NCBI GenBank assembly: GCA_963805855.1 | Contig: CAWDVW010000005.1 | Span: forward strand, 416,001-480,000 | Length of the DNA: 64,000 bases | Source of the DNA: Candidatus Dadabacteria bacterium | GTDB taxonomy: Bacteria; Desulfobacterota_D; UBA1144; Nemesobacterales; CSP1-2 | Direction: 5' to 3' | In this document: positions 21,518 through 31,616 of the stretch, one piece after another | Layout: each line of letters opens with the position of its first letter | How positions within the stretch are numbered: position 1 is the stretch's first letter | Program-made: the position numbers and the translations under genes | Notes under the pieces: generated by a model | What the model was told of the DNA's origin: nothing | Seen by the model: only the letters and a program-made list of their open reading frames with translations | The model's database searches: none

Positions 21518-21771
21518 GAAATAGACTCCGCATAGTTAAATTAACTAACTGAATACGCAAAATCCCAACCAATATTAACTAAACTGAAAGTATACCATGA
21601 CAGGCCGCTCTGTTATCTTCTCCACCAATGCAACTTACTCATTGTGCTCGAAATATTTTTACGAATTTAGATACATTCACAACATAGTTAGACTTGTTGT
21701 AAGACATGTAGAGTCGCAAGTGATGTTTGAAAATAATTAAGAGGCTTGCTGTTTAGCGGGCTATCACGCCT

Positions 21772-22896
21772 TTATAGACGATCGAAATCTTCGAGACACT
21801 TATTTCCGAACGTGAACGAGTAAATACGAATGCCACCGTTTTTAGGAAAGAACCTTAATTCGTGCGGCTTATCATCCTCTTTTGTGACAACATAATACAT
21901 TCTAGGCTCGTCAATCTTGATTAGAGTTCGCCCCTGGTTATCTGCCATAATATCCTGTCCTCTCATTGATTTTGGGATCGGCAGGCCATCTCTCATTACC
22001 ACCAGCGTAGCAGGCCCTTCCGTCCCTCGACCGAGAACGGAATAAACATCCCTACCCCTATATGTTATCCCAAGATAAGAAACGTCATCAGGCTCGGAGG
22101 GAGTGACAGATTCAAAAAAGTCTTTTGTGTTGGTCCAGCCACCCTTCACGAAGAATCCCCTTTTAACTCTTTTTTCAGTTGGAGCATAATGAACAGTCTT
22201 TTCTGGCTTAAATCCCTCGCTGTTTGCCATTTCACCACCCCACTTCGAGCCGCGCTGGTACCCCACGTAAACCTCTTCGCTTTCCTCTCCACATCCAGGA
22301 CCAAACAGAGGCTGATCCGCTGGCATATCATATTTGGAAAAGTCAAGCTCAGGATGATCTTGCTTGAGTAAAGTTTGAATTTCCTTCTCGAATTTCCCAT
22401 AATCCCCTTCGCCGTTATGGACCTCTCGTATGATCCCATTTCGGTCTATCAAAAAAGAGTTGGGCCAGAAGTTGCTATCATAAAGATCCCAAATCTTGTC
22501 ATCGACATCGGCTATGGCAGGATAAGGGAGTTTGAATCGTTTATATGCGCGTTTAACATTTTTGGGATCAGAGGCAAAATCAAATTCACCCTTATGCACC
22601 CCAATGATCTCGAGGCCATCCTTATGATATCGGTTATACCACTCCTTCAAATGGGAAAATGTCCGGACACAGTTGATGCAGGTGTACTCCCAAAAGTCGA
22701 TCAGCACAACCTTACCCTTCAATTCTTCCATCGATAATCTCTCTCCGTTTGTACCGATCCAGATCGCATCCGTTGGAAATGCCGGCGCCGGCGTACCAGG
22801 TGTCAACTCGGCAAAGACGCTTCCCGAATAAGTTAATACGAATAACATCAGGGCAAGGCTTTTTAATTTCAACTTTCCGGCATTACGGATAATCAT
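21772..22896 (-). CDS. Exported redoxin, DipZ C-terminal-like thiol-disulfide oxidoreductase
   Basis: GGAGG RBS before ATG at 22896; signal peptide; LIDFWEYTCINC; C-terminal YSFTFG. Confidence 0.82.
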   Translation of the reverse strand: MIIRNAGKLKLKSLALMLFVLTYSGSVFAELTPGTPAPAFPTDAIWIGTNGERLSMEELKGKVVLIDFWEYTCINCVRTFSHLKEWYNRYHKDGLEIIGVHKGEFDFASDPKNVKRAYKRFKLPYPAIADVDDKIWDLYDSNFWPNSFLIDRNGIIREVHNGEGDYGKFEKEIQTLLKQDHPELDFSKYDMPADQPLFGPGCGEESEEVYVGYQRGSKWGGEMANSEGFKPEKTVHYAPTEKRVKRGFFVKGGWTNTKDFFESVTPSEPDDVSYLGITYRGRDVYSVLGRGTEGPATLVVMRDGLPIPKSMRGQDIMADNQGRTLIKIDEPRMYYVVTKEDDKPHELRFFPKNGGIRIYSFTFGNKCLEDFDRL

Positions 22897-23184
22897 TGAT
22901 AATTTCCTCCAAAATAACGAAGATATTATGGATTTCAACTTGCATCAGTGGGCTTGGTTCTCCAATCTAAGCCATTTAGTTCTCCATATAAATTTCTTAA
23001 GATCACTGGTTTAATTAATCCAATTATGTTATTACGATGAGAAAAGCTGAAAGATGATTCAGACCCTCGTTAAAATATTCATTAAAATAATACACAAGAA
23101 CAATAGTAAATATAACTAATCGACATATTATACGTCAGGAATTTAAGAACAGGTTTATCCCAGGAATAAGGAGACTTTAGAAGG

Positions 23185-23961
23185 TTGGTAGCTCAAAGCG
23201 CTCTCTCTCTGTTAATTTTAGTCCTCATTTATCAACTCTCCTGTGCCGGCGTGAAACCGACTCAAATCGATGTACTAAAAATGCCACATGACTTTGTCGA
23301 TGTAAAAGAAGTAATTCCATCAATCATTTTAGACATAAGATATTACACGCCTTACAACTTTGTCGGAGAAAGAATCGATGGTTATAATGCCCCAAAATGC
23401 TTTTTGACCAAACGCGCGGCATTTGCACTAAACAACGTTCAGGAAGAGCTAAAAAAATATTCTCTTTCTTTAAAGTTATATGACTGTTACAGACCGCAAC
23501 GTGCCGTAAATCAATTTAGCAGATGGGCGGAAGATCCAGACGATACCAAAATGAAAAGTGAATTCTATCCGGATATTGATAAAAAGAACCTTTTTAATCA
23601 GGACTATATTGCTAAAAAGTCAGGGCACAGCAGGGGGAGCACCGTTGATGTAACAATCGTGCCGGTCCCAACTCCACCCGAGGTGAAATACATTCCAGGA
23701 CAAGGTCTACGCCCATGTTACTGGCCAAGGGGAAAAAGGTTTAACGATAACAGTATAGATATGGGAACCGGGTTTGATTGCTTTAGCAAATTCTCCCACA
23801 CAGACAACAAGCAAATAAATGTTCAACATCGAGTTAACCGACTAGCCCTCAAATCCATTATGGAAAAATATGGTTTTATTAATCTTGAGACTGAATGGTG
23901 GCATTACACTCTTAAAGACGAACCGTACCTCAATACATATTTTGATTTTGTGATTGAATAG
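23185..23961 (+). CDS. ddpX: D-Ala-D-Ala dipeptidase (VanX/DdpX, peptidase M15D), lipoprotein
   Basis: YDCYRPQ, SGHSRGSTVD, DMGTGFD, EWWHY; lipobox LSC. Confidence 0.88.
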   Translation: MVAQSALSLLILVLIYQLSCAGVKPTQIDVLKMPHDFVDVKEVIPSIILDIRYYTPYNFVGERIDGYNAPKCFLTKRAAFALNNVQEELKKYSLSLKLYDCYRPQRAVNQFSRWAEDPDDTKMKSEFYPDIDKKNLFNQDYIAKKSGHSRGSTVDVTIVPVPTPPEVKYIPGQGLRPCYWPRGKRFNDNSIDMGTGFDCFSKFSHTDNKQINVQHRVNRLALKSIMEKYGFINLETEWWHYTLKDEPYLNTYFDFVIE

Positions 23962-24133
23962 AACATAACTGCTTTAATGGAAACGAAATCGGGGTAACAT
24001 TTAGATTCAAAACGCCTATGTTTTATATTGGTGAATAACTCTGCAGCAATCCTATCAAGTTTGCAGAGGGACTGAAGGCACTAAAATATAGATATTATTT
24101 ATCTCTTCACATTGAGGAGGTCTCGCAATTATC

Positions 24134-24670
24134 ATGAGACTACTACTGATTTCATCATTGCTGATTATAACTCAATCTTTGTATGCCTGTCACGAGGGAG
24201 GGCCGGACCAAACGGTGAACAAATTATATAGCATCTATCTCAAATTGCACTCATTCGGCATCCCGAATGAGCAGGAACAGGCCCAGTACTCTCCATATTT
24301 GTCGCCTGAGTTGGCAGAGCTGTTAAAGAGAGCCGATGAGTCAGAGCGGAAGCATCAAATCGCTACTAAGGGAGAAGAACCCCCTATGGTTGAGGGTGAC
24401 CTCTTTACGTCACTATTTGAAGGGGCAAGCTCCTACACTATCGCTTCGTGTGAGAGCAGTGACGAGCACGGGTTCTGTATCGTTGAGTTTAAATATTTAA
24501 ACCCTGGAGACAAGTCGGAAGTTAAGTGGAAAGATAAAGTGTATTTGGTCAAGAGCAATCGCGGCTGGGCTGTTGATGACATCGAGTATCTTGGAGAATG
24601 GCAGTTCATGCATAAAGGGAGGCTCAAGAACCTACTTAAAGAAGTGATTGAGGAAGGTAACAGTAATTAG
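24134..24670 (+). CDS. Lipoprotein (possibly DUF3828/YbjP-like)
   Basis: GAGGAGG RBS; lipobox LYAC; EGDLFTS, W.D...L.....W.VDDI. Confidence 0.65.
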   Translation: MRLLLISSLLIITQSLYACHEGGPDQTVNKLYSIYLKLHSFGIPNEQEQAQYSPYLSPELAELLKRADESERKHQIATKGEEPPMVEGDLFTSLFEGASSYTIASCESSDEHGFCIVEFKYLNPGDKSEVKWKDKVYLVKSNRGWAVDDIEYLGEWQFMHKGRLKNLLKEVIEEGNSN

Positions 24671-24733
24671 AACCAATTTCATTTACGTGCCTCTTTACCT
24701 TGTTTATTGCCACTGTATAATATGATGCTACTT

Positions 24734-25477
24734 ATGGAGAAAAACAGCAATACATGGATTGGTCTGACACTTTTAGGCATCTGCCTGGCTATAGGTATTA
24801 TCGCCTCGTCACTGCTTGTAGCCAAAACAGTAGAGAAAGTAAAGATACAAAACCAGCGCATCCAGATAAAGGGCTTCGCAGAGCAAAAGATAACCTCGGA
24901 TCTAGCAGTGTGGCAGAGCAGGATTACAACGCGCTCCCAAAATCTTGTTACGGCATACAATAAGCTAAAGCAAGACCTGCAAAAGGTTCTCAGCTACCTC
25001 GAGCAAAAGGGAATCGACAGGAATGATATAGAGGTTTCTTCTGTATCGACAATTATTCAATACCAGTTAACGGCCGAAGGTGTCGCAACCAATATTATTG
25101 ATGGTTACGTTTTGGACCAAAATATAAGTATCACTTCTCCCAATGTTCCAGAAATATCAGAAATAGCGAATGAATCAACCTCTTTGATAGAGGAGGGAAT
25201 CGAGTTCGCATCTTATAATCCTCAGTATTACTACACGAAGCTGGATGACTTGAAGATCCAACTGCTTGGCGAGGCTACCAAAAATGCCAGAATGCGCGCC
25301 GAGGAACTTGCTAAGAATAGCGGCAGTGAAGTAGGTACTTTGAAGTATGCCAGCCAAGGTGTCTTTCAAATCACCCCTGTGAACTCAACTGATGTCTCAG
25401 ACTACGGGATATACGACACCTCCACGGTCGATAAGAGCATCAAAGCAGTCGTAACGATCGAATACTCAATAAAATAG
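24734..25477 (+). CDS. SIMPL (DUF541) domain protein
   Basis: N-terminal TM; IKGFAEQKITSDLAVW; A..NA..RAEELA; QGVFQIT; start uncertain (24707-24734). Confidence 0.85.
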   Translation: MEKNSNTWIGLTLLGICLAIGIIASSLLVAKTVEKVKIQNQRIQIKGFAEQKITSDLAVWQSRITTRSQNLVTAYNKLKQDLQKVLSYLEQKGIDRNDIEVSSVSTIIQYQLTAEGVATNIIDGYVLDQNISITSPNVPEISEIANESTSLIEEGIEFASYNPQYYYTKLDDLKIQLLGEATKNARMRAEELAKNSGSEVGTLKYASQGVFQITPVNSTDVSDYGIYDTSTVDKSIKAVVTIEYSIK

Positions 25478-25555
25478 GGGATCGTTCCCGCGCGGTTTTT
25501 CATCGCAATCACTTCGTTACAATCCCTTGTTAACCGACAATGGTAAGCGTGACCT

Positions 25556-25578
25556 GTAGGAGCGGCTTCCAGCCGCGA
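25556..25578 (+). repeat. GTAG-type REP element
   Basis: GTAGGAGCGGCTTCCAGCCGCGA hairpin. Confidence 0.6.
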
Positions 25579-25685
25579 GGATAAACGCAAGTCATCCATA
25601 ATCCGCGCAGCACACCAGTCCCTGCCCTGAGCAGGGTCGAAGGGTTGCTTGTGTGACTTCGGAATAGATTCGGACCACGCCCTGT

Positions 25686-26000
25686 CTAACGGCCGTATTT
25701 CTTGACCGCTCGATCGATCGCAGGCCCCGCCTTAGCGAGATCCTTTGGTACCATTACCGGCTGAATCTCGATGCTTGCGTTGAACGCGAGGAACCACGGT
25801 TCTGCAATCGCAGGAATCTGTGAAGCGTCCTTCATCTCCAGGAATATGAAGGCCGTTCGTCGCCCGTTGTCGGCCGCGAAGTAGACAGCCTCGGGCTTCA
25901 AATCATCCAGAATGGACTGGATGGTCTTACCAAGTTTTCCTTCCTTCGCAGCCGCGTTGCCGGCCTCAACCGGCATGTTCACCTTTAATAAGAAGCGCAT
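25686..26000 (-). CDS. Small conserved hypothetical protein (GC-rich cargo)
   Basis: AGGAGG RBS; KPEAVYF...G.RT, IPAIAEPWF, PVM...DL. Confidence 0.8.
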   Translation of the reverse strand: MRFLLKVNMPVEAGNAAAKEGKLGKTIQSILDDLKPEAVYFAADNGRRTAFIFLEMKDASQIPAIAEPWFLAFNASIEIQPVMVPKDLAKAGPAIDRAVKKYGR

Positions 26001-26111
26001 AGCTTACCTCCTGAGGTTTTAGGTTCTCGGATTCATGAGTGCCGAATAGCAATCAATTATACCTCAAATCCCTCAATACTCATCTTGTAAAAAGCCCAAT
26101 TTCAACTAAAT

Positions 26112-26190
26112 AGACAAAATGAAGGAATTGGCTAAATCGACCCAGACTTGCTAGGTTTATTGAAAAGGTACAATGTTAAGCAATGATCCC
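26112..26190 (+). repeat. ~80-bp repeat ending AAGCAATGAYCC, copy 1
   Basis: Core AAAAGGTACAATGTTAAGCAATGATCCC (26163-26190); similar to 27815-27894 and 29144-29224. Confidence 0.75.
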
Positions 26191-26207
26191 GTGATCTTCG
26201 TCAAAAC

Positions 26208-27386
26208 CTATTTGGGCTGCCCACTCTTTTCCGCTATGAACACGTCACGCTTGGGGAAACTTTCGAACAACTCTGGTGGTTGAGCAAAGTTAGTGGCGAG
26301 AACGTCGGCGGGATTGCCCGCAATCCATTGCGACAAATCGATCGTCGCATAGATGCCAGTGTTGAAGCCGATGAGAATGCGCGCGTTGTTTTCCCCAACG
26401 TTCTCAATCGAGTGCCCATATCCCTGCGGGATGTACCCGACGTCTCCCTTCTCCAGTTGCTCGATCCGATACCGGCCGTGGGAACCGAACAGGGTCACGC
26501 TTATCTGACCCTCGATGACATACTGCCACTCGTCAGCAGTCGGATGCCAGTGTAACTCGCGTAAGGCTCCGGGATCGAGATCGAGGACAACTCCAGTGAT
26601 CGTCCTGGAGATGGGGAATTGCGTCGAATCGACACGCCAATCGCGGCCGCCCTTGAACACGCCACGCGGTGGCTGGGCGAGGAGCCGGTACTTGTGCGTC
26701 TGCGGTGGTTTCTTCCGGCCCTGGAGCGGCGGCGCGGGTGCCTCGGGAGGAACAGGCCCACGGGCAAAGTAGACCTCTTCTTTGGGGATTGTGTCGAACG
26801 CCGCCTCGGGCAGGCCGAAGTTTTTCGCCAAGAGTGCCTTGGGTGTGTGGCCAATCCAGTCGGTGATGCTAAAAGTCCCGAATTCGGAGAAATAGCCGTT
26901 GTCGAAGATCAGGATGAAATGGCACGGCTGCTTGCCGAGGCACTGCAACATGTGGCCGTGACCGCGTGGAAAGTACCAAACGTCACCCGGATCGAAGTCG
27001 TCCGTCTCCGCGTAACCCTCCGGATCGATGACAGTTGTCCGCACACGCCCCGCGATGACGAAGGCCCATTCGGCTGCCGTGGCGTGCCAGTGAAGCTCGC
27101 GCATTACCCCAGGCTCGAGCCGCATGGAGACTCCTGCGATCCCCTTGGAAATCGGCAATTGTGTGACGGTTGCCTCCTTCCCATAGCTCTTACCGATGAC
27201 CTTGCCTTCGGACTTCTCGAGGGCAAATTTAAACGTCGGGAGTTCCTTACCGGACAGGATGGGATCTGGGACATTGTTCATGAAACTCGGATCTCCAGCT
27301 ACTGCCGGCAATGACCCTCTCCCCACAGTCTGAGCCGCGAGGCCCGTGCTCCCTGCTGGAAACTCTTGATGTTGCGAATCCGCCAT
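26208..27386 (-). CDS. Oxalate decarboxylase family Mn-bicupin
   Basis: Two RELHWH..A.EW cupin motifs; WYFPRGHGH, YIPQGYGH; lid SEFGTF; GGAGG RBS before ATG at 27386. Confidence 0.88.
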   Translation of the reverse strand: MADSQHQEFPAGSTGLAAQTVGRGSLPAVAGDPSFMNNVPDPILSGKELPTFKFALEKSEGKVIGKSYGKEATVTQLPISKGIAGVSMRLEPGVMRELHWHATAAEWAFVIAGRVRTTVIDPEGYAETDDFDPGDVWYFPRGHGHMLQCLGKQPCHFILIFDNGYFSEFGTFSITDWIGHTPKALLAKNFGLPEAAFDTIPKEEVYFARGPVPPEAPAPPLQGRKKPPQTHKYRLLAQPPRGVFKGGRDWRVDSTQFPISRTITGVVLDLDPGALRELHWHPTADEWQYVIEGQISVTLFGSHGRYRIEQLEKGDVGYIPQGYGHSIENVGENNARILIGFNTGIYATIDLSQWIAGNPADVLATNFAQPPELFESFPKRDVFIAEKSGQPK

Positions 27387-27433
27387 GTTGCCTCCTAGAT
27401 ATGTGCCATCGATAGTCGCCCCCAATTCTCTTC

Positions 27434-27458
27434 GGCCGAACTATAAATTAGACGGCAC
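27434..27458 (-). other. Putative integron attI simple site
   Basis: Minus strand GTCTAAT-ttata-GTTCGGC (L box, 5-bp spacer, GTT core) between the divergent intI fragment and the first cargo gene. Confidence 0.5.
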
Positions 27459-27564
27459 AGATTTACACTGAAATTCTTGCTGTTTAATCACCTCAACTGG
27501 GTATCCTAGACAGCAGAAACTTAGATGATTAACAGGGAAACCAATTTAAGCTAAACAGAGTAAT

Positions 27565-27834
27565 ATGTCAAGAATCACCGTGAATCCCTCGAACACGGAA
27601 AATAAGCCCAAGAAGCTCCTTGACCAAGCCCGGGGTGCAATACAGCTCAACCACTATTCCGGCCGCACCGGCGAGAGTTACGGTCAGTGGAGTAGGCGAT
27701 ATATCTTCGTTCATAATAAACGTCACCGAAAGAATATGGGTAACGCGGAGACCGAGCCATTTCCGACACACCTTACCATCAAAAAGCAGGTGTCTGCCTC
27801 TACTCAAAATCCAGAGAGAAATTTAAGGAATTGA
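27565..27834 (+). pseudogene. intI: Integron integrase N-terminal fragment (decayed, truncated)
   Basis: KKLLDQ.R..I...HYS.RT..SY..W.RRYI..HNKRH...MG..E...F.THL.....VSASTQN; no catalytic domain follows. Confidence 0.85.
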
Positions 27835-27894
27835 CCAAACGCTTGCAAAATTACTAAAATTGTTGAAAAAGGTACAAAGTCAAGCAATGACCCC
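27815..27894 (+). repeat. ~80-bp repeat, copy 2 (begins where intI homology ends)
   Basis: Core AAAAGGTACAAAGTCAAGCAATGACCCC (27867-27894). Confidence 0.75.
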
Positions 27895-27910
27895 TTTATT
27901 TTGTCACGCA

Positions 27911-28936
27911 CTAGCGAAACGCCGGAATTACTTTTCTCGCGAACAGCTCCAGGTGCGGCTGCACCCAGCTCGCCGGGAGACCCGGCGGGACCGTAAAGGA
28001 GTAATAGTGAGTCAGCGGCACTTCTTTTACATACGCGCGAATCATCTCTATACAGGTATCGACATCCACCACGTTAAACAAGCCCAGCTCCCGGAGGTGC
28101 TCCGCATCACGGATATGGGGTAGTAACGGCATCCCCGCCTTTTCAAACCACGCCGCATAACCGTTCAGCTGATAGAGTATGTGCTCCACGGCTTCGTGCC
28201 ATGTCTTCTCGGGATCGTGTGAAGCGATCAGCCAAAAGTACCCCCCGCCAATCGTGAGATTGCTCGTCGGCTTGCCCAGGTTCTCTAATTCAGCTATGTA
28301 GTGGTCGTAGAGTTCTTTAATAGGTCCGGTCCCCACAAACCCGTCCCCGTATTTCGCGGCGCGCCGAACCGCGGCTGGGCTGAACCCTCCGACCAGCAGG
28401 GGCGGCCGGGGTTTCTGGACGGGCTCCGGGGCGAGTTTGGCGTTATTGACCTCGTAATATTTCCCTTTGTAGGTGAGCGTCTCGCCTTCCCAAAGACGAC
28501 GGATGATTTCCAGCCCTTCATCGCTGCGCCCGCCCCGCTCTTTTCTGGGAATTCCGAAGCTCTCGAACTCCTCCACCTTGTAGCCGTTCCCTACTCCGAG
28601 CTGGAAGCGGCCTTCAGAGAGTATGTCGATTGTTGCGCCGTCCTCCGCCACCCGGATAGGATTATGAAGGGGTAAAAGCATGACGGCCGTACCGATGCGG
28701 ATTGTCCTGGTTCGCGCTGCGATAGCCGCCGCGATCGGTAACACCGACGATGAGAAACCGTCCTCGTGGAAGTGGTGTTCCTGGAGCCAGACATCCTCGA
28801 AGCCGTTACGCTCTGCCCAGACGATCTGGTCCAGTGTTTCACCATATATATCCGTATAGGGACGTCTCCACTGAGGAGGATTGCGAAAGTCATACCACAA
28901 ACCGAACCGCAGACGAGCGTTTGTATCCATGTTCAT
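27911..28936 (-). CDS. LLM-class flavin-dependent oxidoreductase
   Basis: WLQEHHF, IRIGTAV.LLPLHNP.RVAED..T.D.LS.GRF.LGVG, PVQKPRPP. Confidence 0.9.
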   Translation of the reverse strand: MNMDTNARLRFGLWYDFRNPPQWRRPYTDIYGETLDQIVWAERNGFEDVWLQEHHFHEDGFSSSVLPIAAAIAARTRTIRIGTAVMLLPLHNPIRVAEDGATIDILSEGRFQLGVGNGYKVEEFESFGIPRKERGGRSDEGLEIIRRLWEGETLTYKGKYYEVNNAKLAPEPVQKPRPPLLVGGFSPAAVRRAAKYGDGFVGTGPIKELYDHYIAELENLGKPTSNLTIGGGYFWLIASHDPEKTWHEAVEHILYQLNGYAAWFEKAGMPLLPHIRDAEHLRELGLFNVVDVDTCIEMIRAYVKEVPLTHYYSFTVPPGLPASWVQPHLELFARKVIPAFR

Positions 28937-29143
28937 ACCCCCAAATAGTTTTGGCCCTCGATGTTTAACCCAGTTCGGGCGTGAATGTTTCCTATCCCCA
29001 TTATTTCACAGGGGATAAACTTTTTCAAACATAATCTGTTTTGCTGCTACGCGCAGGCATGACAAGCATAATGAATAATTCGCAATTCCATACCGAAACT
29101 AATCTTTTATAATCGGTGACACATCCCGACCCTCAGGATAAAG

Positions 29144-29224
29144 GGAGAAATTGAAATAACTGATCAAATCGATCCAACCTTGTTTTAATTGTATTCAAAA
29201 AGTACAAAGCCAAGCAATGACCCG
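29144..29224 (+). repeat. ~80-bp repeat, copy 3
   Basis: Core AAAAAGTACAAAGCCAAGCAATGACCCG (29197-29224). Confidence 0.75.
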
Positions 29225-29237
29225 ATAATCATTCAAT

Positions 29238-29663
29238 TTAGGTCAGCTGGGCCTTGAGGCCGTCGAAGTCAAACCAGAGGTTCTCCTTTGCGATAAGCCC
29301 ATCCCGCAGCTCGAAGACGTGCAGAAGCCGTAGGCGCACCCTGCCGCTCTTACCGTCGAGTTTGAAGGGACGGCCATCCACCACGTCCCCGATCCAAATC
29401 GTCTCGTCGATGATGAAGTTGTCTCCGCCGAAGCGCATCACCGGCTCCACGCGCTCACCATTGACATCCGCGAACAGGCGCTCGTAAAAGCGACGAATCG
29501 CAGCTTTTCCGCGCAGCGGACCATCCGGCCCACCGACCACCTCGTGCTCGGCGTCGTCGGTGAAAGTTCGAAGCACGCCCTCAATGTCGTCGGTCGCCTC
29601 GTACATAAAGTGGTCATTTATGACCTTGTCCATCATTTCCCTGCTCATGGTTCCCACGTTCAT
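29238..29663 (-). CDS. SnoaL/NTF2-like protein (ester cyclase family)
   Basis: GGAGG RBS before ATG at 29663; HF.YE..DDIEG.L.T.TDD, LHVFE.RDG.I..E..W.D. Confidence 0.8.
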   Translation of the reverse strand: MNVGTMSREMMDKVINDHFMYEATDDIEGVLRTFTDDAEHEVVGGPDGPLRGKAAIRRFYERLFADVNGERVEPVMRFGGDNFIIDETIWIGDVVDGRPFKLDGKSGRVRLRLLHVFELRDGLIAKENLWFDFDGLKAQLT

Positions 29664-30027
29664 GACCTCCGCTCTTCTTTGATTGTTGAGAATTACCCGC
29701 GTTGGCACCCAAGTCGGCCCACCAGCCGGTATCCCGGCTTCGATTCCTTCCAGCGACTACTAACTACACTCCGAGAATGCAGTAAAATTCTCAGTTGGAG
29801 TTATGATAACACGAATCGCTGTTTTGCCCCAACATGCAACAAGTCTAATTACACATCAAGAGACGGAAAATGGAAGCCCCCAAAATACAAGATTCTTGTT
29901 CTGTTTCGCCAAGCTATGCGGCGAAAGCGTTGCTCTATTCGTACGGAACGGGCCATACCTTATGAATCAGGCTTACCTCTTTTTGGATAGGATCACCCTG
30001 TTGTCCCACTCGTTTGGGATCTGTGCT

Positions 30028-31129
30028 CTACTTCCTCACCACATACCAGTTGTTCTGGATGTCGTGATCAAGACGGTGCGTTTCGATAGAGCGAAAACCC
30101 GCCCGCTCCAGATACTCCCGCGTTCTTTCTTCTCCCCACATCGCCCCCAACCCTTCACCGCCTTGCGCGAGGGAAACTGTCATGCAGTGCATGCAGGAGA
30201 CCGTATAAAGGAGTGTCCCGATTGGGTGCTCGATGTCCTTATGAATATGGCTCGTACCGCTGATGTCCTGCATCAGATACACACCGTCCGGTTTCAGAGC
30301 CCGGTAAATGCCCCGGAGAACGTTGAGTGGCTTGGCTTGGTCATGGATCGCATCAAAGGTCGCAACGAAATCGAAGGATTCGGCCTCGGCGGTCTCGTCG
30401 AAGTTGCTCAAATCCCTTGCGACGAACTCAATGTTGTTTAGCCCACGCCGTGCTGCCTCCGCTCTTGCGAATGCGATCGCCTCCTCCGAGAGATCCATTC
30501 CCACAAGTCGGCTCCTTGGATAAAGCTCGGCCACTCGCATCATGATCAGACCCCGACCACAACCAACATCAAGAACCCGCATGCCTTTCTGCAAGGACTC
30601 AGTCAAGCCCGGCACGAGCGGGAGGATGTGCGATTCCAGGGACGAAAGCACGGACTGGCCGCTATCCTCCGCCATCACTTCGTGAAACCGTGGGAATCTG
30701 GAATATGGGAACTCCTCCCCCCTTCCTGAAACATTCCACGATGTCATCCTCTACGCCGCCAAGCCCTGAAATATACTGCGTAAATACCGCAATGTTGTCC
30801 GCACCCGCCGACCGGGTGAGAAACGCCGCGTGTTCCGCTGGCAACAGGAACCTGCCGGTGTTCGGATCGATCTCCACCACTCGCCCGGTGACCATGGCTC
30901 CAAGCCACTCACGCACGTAGCGCTCGTTAAGGCCTGAAGCACGTGCGATTTCCTCGGAGGTGCTCGGCGGCAATGTGCTCATGACATCGAAAAGCCCGGT
31001 GCGATGGCCTAAAGAAACCATTAGACAAAGGGCACCATTGTTGAGCACAGTTAGTAATTTGTCGGCGAATCCCTCTGCCTTCGCCTGATCGAATTTGGAA
31101 TCTGCGTCTGTCTTTGACACGGTTCTCAT
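30028..31129 (-). pseudogene. wHTH + class I SAM methyltransferase (Rv2258c-like) with one apparent +1 frameshift near 30707 (possibly a sequencing error)
   Basis: LNERYVREWL in the 5' frame; VLDVGCGRG, FDAIHDQ, SCMHCMTVSLAQGG in the 3' frame; frames join at KGGGVP/YSRF. Confidence 0.85.
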
Positions 31130-31158
31130 ACCTCCATAGTTGCTGTATTGCTTTTCCC

Positions 31159-31182
31159 GCCTAACGCCGGATTTCAGCCGTC
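31159..31182 (-). other. 3' half of an attC-like site
   Basis: Minus strand ..CGGCTGAAATCCGGC-GTTAGGC, 30 bp upstream of the methyltransferase ATG; no RYYYAAC partner found. Confidence 0.45.
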
Positions 31183-31253
31183 GCTTCGACGAGCTGTCGA
31201 TTTCAAACTAACAATGAGCCGACCACCACTTAATATTACAAAATCACCACAGC

Positions 31254-31616
31254 TCATTCATTGATCCATCGCAATGCGTCCTCGCGTTTGCTTGAAGAGA
31301 AACTCCTTATCTCGCCGCTAATCGCCAATGTAGCGATTTTCAATCCCCACTCGACCCATTTTGGCCCGCCAATTACACCCATCTTTTCAAAATCGTTTCT
31401 GTGTGTGAGTCCAAAACGAGAGTCATCCCATAATGCTGCAGCCTCCCAACCATGGAATTCATCACCCATATCCAGCAGAAGCCGCGCCTTGCCGTGTTCG
31501 CGGATAATCGATTCCAAGCGTGGAATAAGTACATCCTTATAGTCCCCGTCTGTCAATTTGCCCACAGCGCCAAGTATAAGAATATTCCCCTTGCTTTCCG
31601 GTGACACCTTAATCAT
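31254..31616 (-). CDS. STAS/SEC14 (SpoIIAA-like) domain protein
   Basis: GKLTDGDY...IP, F.GW...A.WDD..FG..H..DFEK.GVIG..W, A..W. Confidence 0.85.
   Translation of the reverse strand: MIKVSPESKGNILILGAVGKLTDGDYKDVLIPRLESIIREHGKARLLLDMGDEFHGWEAAALWDDSRFGLTHRNDFEKMGVIGGPKWVEWGLKIATLAISGEIRSFSSSKREDALRWINE

Noticed and set aside
23185-23961. Vancomycin resistance cluster
   Set aside because: Lone VanX/DdpX-type lipoprotein without vanH, vanA or vanRS
26041-26064. Second attI-like site (also near 31657-31682)
   Set aside because: Spacer of 8 bp and poor core; equally explained as a TATAAT -10 element
26619-27314. 231-aa plus-strand ORF (also 29803-30441, 212 aa)
   Set aside because: Antisense shadows of GC-rich genes with no recognisable motifs
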